From Phoronis australis (taxonomy: Eukaryota > Animalia > Phoronida): a DNA stretch of 64,000 nt. The notes beneath the pieces are model-generated. The model saw only the letters and a list, made by a program, of their open reading frames with translations. It searched no databases and was not told the origin of the DNA. The stretch lies in contig NMRA01000407.1 of NCBI GenBank assembly GCA_002633005.1, positions 124,001 to 188,000 on the forward strand, read 5' to 3'. The translations under genes were made by a program, and so were the position numbers. Of the stretch, positions 50,301 to 60,809 are shown in pieces (position 1 is the first letter of the stretch; every line of letters starts with the position of its first letter).

Positions 50301-53300
50301 AAAAAGTGCTTGACGGATGTCGTGGTGCTGTGGGTAAGTACAGCGAGATTTGAGTGTTGCTACGTTACGCATGACGGCCTTATTGGCTTGTAAGCTCGTG
50401 ATGCCGTATAAAAGAGCACGAGAACGCTTACGAGTGACTGCACGAACACAAGGCGTCAGAGGCAACATGACATATCACAGCGTTCTTGACAATTACAGCT
50501 TATTTGGACACCTATGTGGAATAATTGATAACTGAAATGTTTGAAAACTTTTTAGTTTGAGAACCTAGCAGCTTCTGTATAATTGTTCCGCTTTTATTTT
50601 GGGTATAAAGTTTGATTGGTGGTAACACCAATTTTAGCAAAATTAGACTATTACCAAGAAATACAAGTAGAAGAAAATTTCTAGCATGAAGTTTTCTATT
50701 TTGTTTGTAAAAATATGCAAAAACATTAATCGAAATTTCATTGTCGGTCGCTTATTTCAAACAGGTTTTGAATCTTGGCTCATAAGGGGCTTATCGCGCT
50801 GAGAATATAGCTTACTTTCAAGTGCATGTATATGGGGTAGGCAATATTCTACAGAAAAAAGACATACCACATCTGAAAGAGGTGTATCAGTTGATGGAAA
50901 GATTTCCGTGGATAAACCTGTGCTCTCCGTGGATACCGCTGAACATCCTTGTATCCGCTGGACGACAGACGATGCGTTAAGACACAATCCAAAAATTTAA
51001 AAAATATATTTTTCTGTTGTACGTTATGGGTGGAAGACCGTCTCCGCCGTCGTTGTTTTTACCAGTGCAATACTGAGGAGTTGTGAGGGAAGTCCGCGGA
51101 AAGCCGCCTTTTTAGACATGAAAAGGTGCGTTTGTGGAGGCTGCGGTAACAGCAACTTGACTGACAACGTCTTTGTGTTCAAATTCCCTAAATACGTAAA
51201 AGTTGCTCTGAAATGGCGTCGGTTTCTGCGCCACCCAAAGTGTGGAATATCAGCCGTGCGGAACATACGATTCAGTCGGGAGCCACACATTGTTCGGCAC
51301 ATTTCAAAGAATCGCGTTTCTACCAAACACAAAAGCGATATAACGATGGAAGACTCACCATCTTTATAAGTGTATTTGAAAAATTTTATTAATAACGAAC
51401 AAATTGATTCCATTCTAGGGCGAGTGATGCCAGGCCCTCGACCCCTGCCCAGATCGAGTGCTACGACACGTAGGCTTATGCATTGTTATCATGGGCGGAT
51501 CCAGGATTTTGAGTTGGGGGGGCAGGGCAGAGTATTAGCCAGGATTTTGCCTGTCAAACATTGGCACTCCCGAACTGCCCAATGGAATCTTGGAGAATTT
51601 TAGGGGGGGCATGGCCCCCTTGGCCCCCCTCTAAATCCGCCACTGGTGTTTAGCCAAGTGGCGGATCTAGGATATGACAAGGGGGGCCCAACATTTTGTC
51701 TGTAGGCATTTGCGCAAAGCACGATTGTAGATGCGCATAGCACCGAATGGGGGAGGAAAATATTTTGATTTTTCCTCTAAGAAACAAGCATTTTCCTTGA
51801 TTCCTGAAGTATTATCCAAGAAAAAGAAAAAAAACACGAGAACGTGTCAAACTGGCAGAACCGCAATTACCACGGTCTCGAACTCACGATCCGGTTGACG
51901 GAGAGCGCGTGCTTTACCACCGCACCACCACGGTTTAAGTTGTGATGCCATACTAAAAGACCTACTTGTTTGTGGTCCAGTGTTTGCGCGCGAAACCTAC
52001 ATCTCTTTGTAATGCTTGTTTCCTGTTTTATATTTTGTGCACTCAGCTCATAACAAAATTTGTTGTATTTAAAATAGTCTTCAATTGCCCAAAAGACAAA
52101 ATCAGATTTTTGTGTTGGCATTAATGACGCGATTGCTTTGGAAATCGTGTTAAGTTTAAGGTTTGACAAAGAGAGAATTATGAATTTCTGAGTGATTCAC
52201 TAAGGCTTCGATTAAAATTCACATCTTACCAGCAGCTCCTGTTTTTTCATCGTTACTCAGAATCCGTTTTCTTTACAAAAATGAAGTAATTTTCTTCATT
52301 GCACAGTGGAGTAGACGACGGAAACGGAGTCACAGTGCGCAGCGCCGCTGCCGGTCGCCTAGGATATCGTGGGAGAGCCAACACTCAGCTATAGTTCCAT
52401 TCGTTTCAGCTGTATAATGTTAATTGCCGGGATTAATTAATGAATGAACTCAATATTTCCCTACGCTCTTTCTGTTTTTTGCGGCAGCCAAGAGGGGGGG
52501 GGGCGGGCCCCCTGCNNNNNNNNNNNNNGCTCCCCCCCCCCCCCTAAATCCGCCTATGTAGCCGTGCTCATTGCAGCATGGCAATAGTGAATACGAGTGA
52601 CCCAGGTTTGCTGCGGCCTTTGTCAGTGATCATAAGTGTCTATTTTGTGAATGTTGACCCCTCTGTTCAGTTGGTTGTGGCTCACATATGTCTGCATCAT
52701 TTCCGTGCAAGTGGGTCGAGTTCATACGGCCTCAACTTAAAGCCGACGAAAGTTCGCTAAGTGGGAAATCGAATTCATTTTCTGATTCTTCAAGTTCTTG
52801 AGTGTGATGCCCGTATCCACTCTCCTCTGTCTCCATAATAATTGTCCAGTTCTCGCTCGAAATCGTCCTATGTTCCACCATTCAATTGATTGTCAAGTGA
52901 CTAAACGTCTTTCACCCATTACATTATTTGGCGGGAAACTTGGAAATAACTAATTTTTCTTCAAAAATAAAAGGTTCGCGACTATATAAGTGCTTATTTA
53001 GTTAGATTTTATGGTATTCATTTCATATTAGCTAAATGAAACCTCAAAACCTAAGAAAGTGCATGGTGGGAACTCTTTAAAGACCGATGTCTAGTTTTTG
53101 CAATGGCTTTCTTGCTTAGGGATTGGTGACAAGTTTCTTGGCCAAGCCTCAGTGTTAATTAGGTTGCTACACTTACGCTGTAGTTGACTTGAAATGTTTT
53201 TGTAATGCCACTGTCGATAAACATTCTTATTGTTGCCTTCAACGTGTCGTCATCGTCCAATTTGAAGTCGTTGAAATCGAACGAGTAGATGTTGAAATAA

Positions 53301-56300
53301 GCTGCTGTCGGTATCTTTGCGTGCTGTAATGAAAACAAGTTCATTTGACAGGCACCGTCTTGACACTGCCCGTCATGTGACAAAGGACGTGTTGAAATGT
53401 TTCCTAACGATCAATATTTTAATTGGATATCATATTCCTCAGATTCATGCGTCACTTCATTCAAATGATACTAATGTTACCTTAGTGCTAAAATACGTCT
53501 TTAGTAGTAAAGCCCTGATAATTCACCATATTGTCAGTTAAATAAACTGTGTATACACTAGAAATCTGTCACCTGTCTATTGCAGATAGGATACTAATAA
53601 CCCGTAAGCGCACAGAGACAATCAAATTAAATGAATGCCTGTATTACAATCTTGCAAAATCGCCATTTGATCACGTAGGTCATAAGAAAATAGAACACGT
53701 AGAGGTAAAATTTTCCTCGCTGGTCAAGAAGACCGATCCTGGTAATACTTACCACGAGTCTTTCAGTCTCTTCCGTCTGTGCCGTGGCGTGATACGAGAG
53801 TACCTCTAACGCGACTGCCTGTTTTGCCGCCAACTTCGACGCCGTTTCATACATGTTGGCGTTGTGGACTCCCAAACCAATGAAAATTGCCAAAGTCTGG
53901 ATTACAAAATATTGGAGTTTATTTTTATAATGTTAAGTTTAAACATACTATAACAAACAAATGGAATAGGAATGATATTACGATGCGTTAAGCTTTCCGT
54001 AATGCGTGTCAGTTTGTGTGCCGTAAAATCATTTTGAGGAGAGTTCTTGAGACATAGTAAGATGGACAGAATGGTAGGTTACCTCAAAAAGTCCGCAGTC
54101 CTGCATGGTGAAGTTGCAGTGGTTCTTCTTGTTAACTAGTTGCAGGACGCCCACTAAAGTTCCTTCATTGTTGCGCATGGGGATCGTAAGCGTAGTCTTT
54201 ATCTCGTACTTGTCTTTAATCTTGTGATGAAGTAAAAATTCAATGCCGCGTTATCCATTTAACTAAATAAGCTACAGGTTTAGGGTCCTCTCACAAAATA
54301 GGGGCCACGAGTTTTAGTCACAGGCTCCCCTAGAAAGCTGTGTCGACCAGGACAGCGGTGAAAATTGGGGGGGTTAGATTGGAAATTGAAGCAACCGGGA
54401 AAGGGGTAGCGCGGACATCATTGGGAGTGGGGCCGGGTGAACAATTGTGGTTACTGAGAAGTAAACCAATGTGGCAAGCAGGGCGCGCCGTAAATTATAA
54501 AAATTACTCGGGCTCCCAGTTTATATATAGATTATGGACACTGAGAAACTTTAAGCCGGCATTGTAAAATTGAACTAAAGTGTTCGGGCGGAGGTAACTT
54601 TCATCGTTTCTTGTGATCAGAGTCCTCGTTTCAAACTGGTAACGGATATCTCACAGCTAAAAGCGACTAAGTACTGACATTTATCCATTAAACAAACCTT
54701 AAAAAGTTATCAAAATCGTTGGAAAATGCGAGAGCTAGTGGCTAAAGGATTTCTTTTTTAAAGCCCAACAGATGCCTCTTGAAAAAACAAAACCGTTTAG
54801 TGTCATTGCAAGCTCACCTCTTCCAATTCTCGAATGTCTAGCAGGTTCTGATCTTCATCCACAGAGAACTGCAATTTTCTAGTCTGCCATACACAAAAAA
54901 TGAAAGGTCAATACTGGTACGGTGACTGTCAAAATATTTTGTACATTGTGAATGAAGACTATCCTGATTATCAGCTAAGAGCCGTGTAGCAGGGGGAATA
55001 TCTGCTGAGTTCAATACCACGCGTGGGTGTTTGACCCACCACGATCACGACAGGGCAAAGAGAGAAAACGTTGAGCAACGTAAAAATTTTCTGCAAAGAG
55101 GTATATTGACGTCAGCGTTCCATATTTAAGAGTTTTGACAAAACTGAGTGGTTTCATGTGATAAACTTGCCTCATAGATCACTCTTTAACTGCGGATTTT
55201 ATAAGCATTATATCAGACAGATAGATGCTTGTGTCCAATTTGCTAATTTTTGCACTTGGTAGAAAAAGTCTAGGAAAAGGACAAAAGGTTTGACCTAAGG
55301 TTTGGACTCTTATGAAACATGTCGCCAGCCAAAGCTTGAGGTCCTCGATAGGTTTATTAAAATTACCTCTCAGCGCTCACCGATATGCAATAAACGTCTA
55401 AATAACCATGTTTACTGACAGGAAACGTTTGGCTGATACCATAACAGATATTTTTAAAACAGGCAATAATGTTGCAGTGACATCAACAGCTATACACTTT
55501 GATAGCTAGGACCAGAAATTACTCTTTGGTTTGTGAAGCTACTAGTTGCTAATTTTGCGTTCGATTTTGAGTAAAAAGATTAGACCCCGGGTCCTGTAGT
55601 CATTGCAGTTCATGACATCTGTTGAGATTCATGACAAACGTCCACGTTAATATGTTATGTATCAAGTACCGTGTCGCTGAAGTACAACATGAGTAGGAAG
55701 GTATGCAACGGCCCCACGGCAGGCAATGGGATACTTGAATCTCATCAGGTGACAGCACTCCTATTTAGACAGACATCCTGCCTATATAAAAGCAAGGAGT
55801 CTGTGACATAAGCCGCTTTTACACGACATTAGATCGCAAACTGGATCACCACGAGTCACTTACACGAAGACTGTCTGCGCATGCTTGCATAAACAATAGC
55901 AAATGTCCAAACCACGTGGAGTGCCAGGCGTGCGTTCAGTGACGCTAGGACCTACGCTAGGACCTTCGCTAGGACCTTCGCTAGGACCTTCGCTAGGACC
56001 TACGCTAGGACCTAGCTAGAATCTAGCCAAAGTTGCTTATTCTCATTTAAAATACATGGCAATATCTCACGCAAATCTCGCAAAGTCTTGCTTTTTAGCG
56101 AAGTCCTTGCGTTACTGAACGGGAGCCAGATGATCACCCGAATATATGCTATTGCGCAAGCGCATTGAAAGATGGTTTATTCCCGCCCTGTCCCAGTTGT
56201 GTTTAGACGTGTAGCAACTGATCGAGTGTAACTCGCTCCACCTGGCCTATGGGTGGCCATTTCTGCAAAAAAACGTCAAATTGAATCTACGAAACTGGAT

Positions 56301-59300
56301 TGAATTCACGAAAGGTGATTGAATTCACAACACGATACGATAGACGAAACAGAATCAATTTAACAGCATTGAATTCACAAAACGGGTTACAATAAACAAA
56401 ACAGCATTGAATTCACCGATATGGAATCGCCGTGTATGAATTGAATTGAAGTGATGTAATAGCATTGGGTGCGCAGGATTGAATTGTCGTGCAGTTGGCA
56501 TCGAGTTCATTAAATAAAATTGAATATACATTTTGACGTTTTTGCATAAACGGCCGCCCATACTGGCCGCCGCGGTATCAGTTGTTCCGCGTCAGTCGTG
56601 TTTACACGAACACTTGCACCGGAGCAGCTGTTCCTTGTTAGCTGCGCTGGGTCAGATGTCTCGCGTGTAAATGCGGCTTTAGACCACAGACGCTGACTTG
56701 TTGATAAACTGCATTCTTGTCACGGTCAATTCACTAAGTGTTCCGTAAACGCAAAAAACTCGCGAAAAGCCAAGCTCACACGAGTCTTCCCTAGATATCA
56801 CCCTGCAAGAAAGCGTAGCACGCGAGTGACTTGCGTCTACGGAATGTAGCGCAATGGGTTTTTTCATGAAAGTGGCTGGACTTAAGATAGAAATTTAGTA
56901 TTACGCTCCGAATAACTACTCTTGAATAAATCCCACTTGAGAAAAAGAGAGTGCGAAATCTTAATATACACATAACTCTTGGTTACAGAGATAATTTCTG
57001 CAAATTATTTCTAGACTGTGATGCGCTCATTATTACCTGGCTAAACCTTTATTCAATAATTGTGACGTGGGAGCGTAAGATCAAAGTTCTGTCTTAAAGT
57101 CATGGGCGCTCCGTTTCATGAAAGTGACCGCCCATGTTAAAAAGGGGAGCGTTATTTATTTGCATCCCGTAGAGAATAGTGAGTCGCCCGTTGTTACTGA
57201 ACCACGGGGATGTTTTGAAGGCCTACTCTGAAAATGGTTCGCTCCCCCTATGGTTCTTATGGTTTCTTACCTTGCCGGATATAACTGCTTGGGTCGCCAG
57301 GTGTGCAGCCTTTTTATAAGGCAACGTGGAGAAACTAAAAAGAGACGAGCCAAATTGAGTGCTGTCCTGGCAGTGCTACAAAAAATCTCGTGGTCTTTTA
57401 AAATCTGATTGCCAGTCGATGTTCATCAAAACATCCTTTTATTCAATAGAGATTCAGTAGTAAAATTCTTCAGTTTCGCCTTTTGCAGAAATTTCGGAAT
57501 GGGTGCATTTCATACCTACGGAACTCATCAAAAGCCTTAGACTGTAATCCCTCGTCTGCCTCTCGTGGATGACGTAGTACTGAGAGTTCCAGAGGCCTAA
57601 TGTACGAAAGCTTTAAACATGTTTTTTCGGGAAGAAAAATTAACACAGTTGGGTTTTCGATTTTTAAAAACCCGTGAACTATTAAATGAAACCATAACTT
57701 TAATGGCATCCGAAAGACTTTATCTTCTTTTTGACTGCGAACTGCGTTTCCACTTAGTTCAGGGACTTCGCATTCAATAGACAAGATCAATAGACAGTGC
57801 CAACGTTTTTGATTTTCAGAAGGCTTTTGGGTAAGGAACTGTAACTGTAGCAAACCTCGTCATGTTGACGTAAAATGTGTGGGTATAGCACATACACTAT
57901 TTCATGATTGCAGTACATGATCAACATTTCATCCAGTCCAGGTGAAGCAGGCCTACTTGAAACGACGTAAAAAGACTGAGCAGGCTGCTTTGCAACTTCA
58001 GGAAAATGTCGTTGTCGGCTTCCTACGTGTTTTGGTTTATAATTTACGCTTCAAATTCTGTAGTTGATTCGTCACAGCAAAACAGATACATGTTATGCAT
58101 TGACGCTATACAAAAAAGAAAAACACGTGTCCTTTGTCATTAAACCTATGAAGTCGACTTAAAGAGTGCATGATTTCAATTTACTTATTTTATGCCTATC
58201 TCACCCTTTCTTGTTCATTTCAAATTATTAATAAAAAGGACTGTAAGTCATTGATAAAGGCAAAAAAGAAAAACAGTTTTGTTCTGGTCGTTTTTCGAAA
58301 ATCGAGTCGATGGCGTGTATTTTTTAGTTGCTCACTTTTTAAAAAAAGAACATCCACTAGGGACGATTCTAAGTTAAAGAATTTAACCAGTTTCGGGTGC
58401 GGGAGGCCTCCCGACAGCTAATATGACGTCGCAATCTAGCGTATTGTCCAATGGCTGTTAACACGTGTCATTAAAAATAGCACGTTTTACCAACAAAAAT
58501 TGTCTATGACCCTCAGAATAGTGTTTGGTTACTAGAAGTTCGGAGTCACCACCCTGTCGTTCCGCAAGAAGTAAAACACGTCGGGTTGACACAATGGCGT
58601 ATGCTGGGGGGATCCGTCCCGTGCGGCACGGGGAGTGAATTGCTGCATTGACGGACGGACGGTGGCAAAATGATCGGTGGGCGGCGCAAAGTGGGACGAG
58701 AATCGCAGGTAAGTGGGATAAAGTAACTTATTATGCACAACGAACAGAAGCACAAATGCATCCCGCAAGTCATAAAAGTCTCTGAAAGTATTGTGATGTT
58801 TTGCACCGCAGTAATGGAGATCATGTGCACTTGAAGCGGTGCGTCGCCTTTTGTGATTGGCTTAAAGGAGAAGGCAATCATTTTCATATCATTTTTAATA
58901 AAAATACGGTTCATTGATTACTCCAGACATATGTTTCAGTTAACTGCAGCTTCTCATAACTTTATTAATTAGTCGTACACTACTCCGGAAGTGACATTTA
59001 TGGGGTTAAGAATTTCCCGCCATTTTATTTCTGCGTTTGAGTTTACTGTGAGGATCTGTACTACTGTTGTTTTCGTGCTGGTTTCCTAAAATTGTCGTCA
59101 CCACTTACCATCAACGAATATTCTATGACAAGCTAGGTTGTTAGAGAACTCAATTACGTTTAATTTGGGGATCGTAATATTTTGTAGCAGCTGAAAATGG
59201 CTGGATTCTGCGACCACATCACAGACACAGTGACGTGAGTGATGGAGATATTAATCATAGCAGTGTTGATGAGGATTTTTTTCACGAAGTCAGTGGGTGG

Positions 59301-60809
59301 ATATATGATTGAGCCCGAGTATAATAGTGAGACAGAATACGCACAGACAGTTGTTGAGAGGGATGAGGCAGAGACTGGGGACAGACGTGGTGGGACGTTT
59401 TGGTCTAAATGCACGGTGTGCAGTGTACGTTATGCCGACCTCAATGGAATGCCTATGCTGTTCCCACTGAATGATGACCTGAGCATTCAAACCGCTTACA
59501 CCCTCGTGACCCTGTCGTGTGACTCCCTCGTTACACACCTGGCACCTTCTAACTGGCTTCAATACACTGTACTTTAGTCAAGTCCGCAATAAACTTATGA
59601 AAGTTTGGTTCACCAGTCTGTTCACTGGACGACGAACTGTCCTTATCACTGTGTATCGAAATGGGACTGTATTCACTCCCACTACTCAACATCGCTGCAG
59701 GGCTTCTTACAGGCTCTAGGCTAGAGACAACACCAGCACAGGGCGAATCACTGCTAGTTCCCGAAATTGCACGGTCTGGGGGTACTTTCGAAGGCACGGG
59801 TGGCAGTAGATGAAGCGCCTCCAGTCACTGTGAAGGCCACAGCTCGCGAGGCTTCTCGCTTAAAAAAATGCACTTCTCGGGGGTGGCGACGGAGCACAGC
59901 CTGCAATCAACGGCGTTGCTTTGCAGGAACCTTCATCAATTCGGCGTACATGTCTCTAATACCACAGCAGAAAATGCTTGCCACTCACTCGGTAATTTTC
60001 CACTGCTTTGTACGTTGCGTGGACGGGTAACGCTGCGTTCCTCACATGAACGAGTCAAGTACGGCGGAGTGTGTCATCTTTTGGAAAGCTATGTAATGTA
60101 ATACCCAAAGTGCGCGTGAAACAATAATGAGCACACCCCGGTACGCAGCAACCGTGAAGCATGTTGACTGACTCATAAACAAACGCCAACGACGACCGAA
60201 CTTATCACAATCGAGGTAAAACAATGACTGACTTGACAGCTTACACAGTCAGACTATTCGAAAACAAAATGGCGGGAAATTCTTAAACCCCTGAATGTCA
60301 CTTCCGGAGTAAGGCACAACTAATTAATAAAATTACGGGAAGCCATTATTAACTAAAAAATATCTTTGGGTAATCAAAGAACCGTATTTTTATTAAAATG
60401 ACATGAAAAAGGTTGCTTCTCCTTTAACGGCTAATCCTGTGGACTTTTCGAACATTGTCCGGTGCATCTTTTACAGGTACCTTATGCATCATCGCTTGGT
60501 AAATCATGACATTTCATTCCTTGTTTACGTGCCATTGTGTAGCTTCTCAAAAACCCCGAATGAAATTGATGAGAGTAGGCGCTTTTCATTTTTTTATTTT
60601 AGCCAGTGAGCGCTGGCCTTAAACTGAGTCGAGTTCTAGACCAGAAGCAACAACGCTTTTTGGCCTAATCTTTAAGAGCACGCGTAGCAGTGGTATCAAC
60701 TTTCTTGCGCATAACCATGGAATTGGGCCTACCTTACTGAAGTGACGTTGGGCTCTTCAGAGCAGCTGGAATTATTCAATACAAACACTTTCTCAAAGCT
60801 GGGGTCTTT
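26115..60809 (-). CDS. Pde6: GAF-domain cGMP (or dual) phosphodiesterase, PDE5/6/11 group, 5'-partial; 15 exons, 616 aa in window (GAF-B part, catalytic domain, tail with CaaX)
   Basis: Exons splice in frame with GT-AG ends; [52 protein letters not shown]; ends FCVLS*. Closest by eye to Drosophila-type Pde6; orthology versus PDE11/PDE5 not tested. Confidence 0.93.
26519..26660. mobile_element. Tandem pair of ~70-bp CATGGGCG..CCCATG mini-MITEs
   Basis: Same unit again at 34058-34210. Confidence 0.7.
26792..26928 (-). CDS. PDE tail exon ([11 protein letters not shown]...[10 protein letters not shown]...TQND)
   Basis: TTTCAG/GTAAGC boundaries; phase 1-0 links neighbours in frame. Confidence 0.82.
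27003..27500. mobile_element. MITE-like element with long imperfect inverted arms
   Basis: CCGTGATAAGCCAACTTGCAGAGCCTGGTTTCAA pairs with TTGAAACCAAGCTCTACTAGTCGGCTTGTCACGG. Confidence 0.55.
27925..28048 (-). CDS. PDE exon, end of catalytic domain (MLKKV...KENKVHW...)
   Basis: CAG/GTAAGT boundaries; conserved N...W. Confidence 0.88.
28376..28661. mobile_element. MITE with ATAGAC.. TIRs
   Basis: ATAGACCCTATTCACGC ... GCGTGAATAGAGTCTAT; N at 28511. Confidence 0.75.
30706..30789 (-). CDS. PDE exon ([28 protein letters not shown])
   Basis: Invariant Gln motif; CAG/GT boundaries. Confidence 0.95.
31184..31322 (-). CDS. PDE exon ([16 protein letters not shown]...[10 protein letters not shown])
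   Basis: TAG/GTAAGT boundaries. Confidence 0.95.
32764..32875 (+). pseudogene. THAP domain N-terminal remnant
   Basis: [16 protein letters not shown]...NLSFYVFP. Confidence 0.55.
34058..34210. mobile_element. Tandem CATGGGCG..CCCATG mini-MITEs
   Basis: Homologous to 26519-26660. Confidence 0.7.
34632..37592. mobile_element. Decayed ISL2EU-like (PIF/Harbinger-related) transposon: THAP/DDE remnant on +, SAP-YqaJ on -
   Basis: AT|GAGCTATTC ... GAATAGCCC|AT; + strand [14 protein letters not shown] (THAP end, ~34927) and LHVEH (RIHVER-like, ~35237); left end may extend to the THAP start at 32764. Confidence 0.6.
35420..37502 (-). pseudogene. Spliced SAP-YqaJ nuclease pseudogene (copy B)
   Basis: Exon ~37410-37500 [23 protein letters not shown] (SAP); exon 36796-36997; exon from 35942: [30 protein letters not shown]; many stops. 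Confidence 0.7.
37842..38035 (+). pseudogene. THAP domain remnant (K1)
   Basis: MVWCIVP/ACVNY...[14 protein letters not shown]...RVC../LHF across frameshifts. Confidence 0.75.
38143..38490 (-). pseudogene. P2X7-ballast-like / KolX Cys-rich domain remnant (K1)
   Basis: YQFEPEY...[16 protein letters not shown]...WCHEIPEV...CLTDHPDF..C. Confidence 0.75.
41160..41859. repeat. ~340/358-bp tandem duplication split by N (41501), includes a PDE exon; probable haplotype artefact
   Basis: 41160-41500 vs 41502-41859 are near identical (a 3-nt change and an ~18-nt indel). Confidence 0.85.
41768..41845 (-). CDS. PDE exon ([25 protein letters not shown]); identical duplicate at 41409-41486
   Basis: TAG/GTGAAG boundaries; phase 2-2. 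Confidence 0.9.
42152..42340 (-). CDS. PDE exon ([19 protein letters not shown]...[10 protein letters not shown])
   Basis: CAG/GT boundaries; conserved motifs. Confidence 0.97.
42724..42833 (-). CDS. PDE exon ([18 protein letters not shown])
   Basis: PDEase HD signature; TAG/GTTAGT. Confidence 0.97.
43101..43208 (-). CDS. PDE exon ([32 protein letters not shown])
   Basis: YHN..H motif; CAG/GTAAGT. Confidence 0.97.
45850..46260 (-). pseudogene. DGDS-type (Mutator-like/Kolobok-related) transposase fragment; duplicate at ~47720-48126
   Basis: [12 protein letters not shown]...Y...VTK..S.N pattern, otherwise disrupted. Confidence 0.45.
46389..46790. repeat. Fold-back element built of 21-bp CCAGACTTCAAAAC repeats; also 48251-48652 and 62930-63371
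   Basis: TATCAAGGGG ... CCCCTCATA ends; repeats invert about the centre. Confidence 0.75.
49574..49801. mobile_element. MITE
   Basis: GGAGAACCGTTCCAAGAAAAC ... GTTTCTTGGAACGTGCTCC. Confidence 0.7.
49985..50205 (-). pseudogene. THAP domain remnant
   Basis: [11 protein letters not shown]...VKFVVFP...[14 protein letters not shown]. Confidence 0.65.
51118..51330 (+). pseudogene. THAP domain remnant
   Basis: [13 protein letters not shown]...VFKFPK...KWRRF, then frameshifted CSAHF (~51291-51305). Confidence 0.7.
51490..51645. mobile_element. ~155-bp GGCGGAT-ended MITE
   Basis: CATGGGCGGATCC ... AAATCCGCCACTG; inverted copy of 25229-25386. Confidence 0.75.
51860..51934 (-). mobile_element. tRNA-like SINE head / tRNA pseudogene
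   Basis: A-box TGGTGCGGTGG and B-box GAGTTCGAGAC on -; stems poorly paired. Confidence 0.5.
53177..53323 (-). CDS. PDE exon (HAKIP...FDFNDFKL...ATIRMF)
   Basis: TACAG/GTAAGT boundaries. Confidence 0.95.
53753..53896 (-). CDS. PDE exon ([15 protein letters not shown]...[13 protein letters not shown])
   Basis: GAF-to-catalytic linker helix; CAG/GTAAGT. Confidence 0.96.
54083..54220 (-). CDS. PDE GAF-B exon (IPMRN...VGVLQLVNK...F...D..LFE)
   Basis: GAF motif; AAG acceptor, GT donor. Confidence 0.9.
54818..54883 (-). CDS. PDE GAF-B exon ([22 protein letters not shown])
   Basis: CAG/GTGAGC; phase 0-0; weak homology. Confidence 0.65.
55810..56680. mobile_element. Outer MITE containing two nested MITEs (~55927-56127 and 56248-56562)
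   Basis: Outer AAGCCGCTTTTACACG / CGTGTAAATGCGGCTT; inner CGTTCAGTGACGC / GCGTTACTGAACG; inner TATGGGTGGCC..CGTCAAA / TTTGACG..GGCCGCCCATA. Confidence 0.7.
55943..56013. repeat. Six-copy 12-bp tandem repeat CGCTAGGACCTW
   Basis: Directly visible. Confidence 0.9.
57271..57334 (-). CDS. PDE GAF-B exon ([21 protein letters not shown])
   Basis: TAG/GTAAGA; phase 2-0 fits neighbours. Confidence 0.7.
57400..57960 (+). mobile_element. LINE reverse-transcriptase remnant
   Basis: FDFQKAF motif near 57808-57830; otherwise disrupted. Confidence 0.4.
59290..59500 (+). pseudogene. P2X7-ballast-like / KolX Cys-rich domain remnant (K2)
   Basis: GYMIEPEY...[13 protein letters not shown], then frameshifted [10 protein letters not shown] (59432-59461). 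Confidence 0.75.
59470..60162 (-). pseudogene. THAP-containing transposase N-terminal remnant (K2)
   Basis: [10 protein letters not shown]...[17 protein letters not shown]...YRVSGKHF; Ser-rich linker, KFIA, RCQVC; catalytic core absent. Confidence 0.8.
60733..60809 (-). CDS. Most 5' PDE exon found in window ([13 protein letters not shown]...)
   Basis: TTTGCAG/GTAGGC; phase 0-2; F..VF motif of GAF-B. Confidence 0.7.

Larger units (their letters stand above)
58866..60423. mobile_element. Kolobok-type DNA transposon, deletion derivative (element K2), ~165-bp imperfect TIRs
   Basis: TTAA|AGGAGAAGGCAATC...TTCCCGCCATTTT and AAAATGGCGGGAA...GTTGCTTCTCCT|TTAA. Confidence 0.9.

Noticed and set aside
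51860-51934. Functional tRNA gene
   Set aside because: A and B boxes are present but the anticodon and T stems do not pair; treated as a SINE head.
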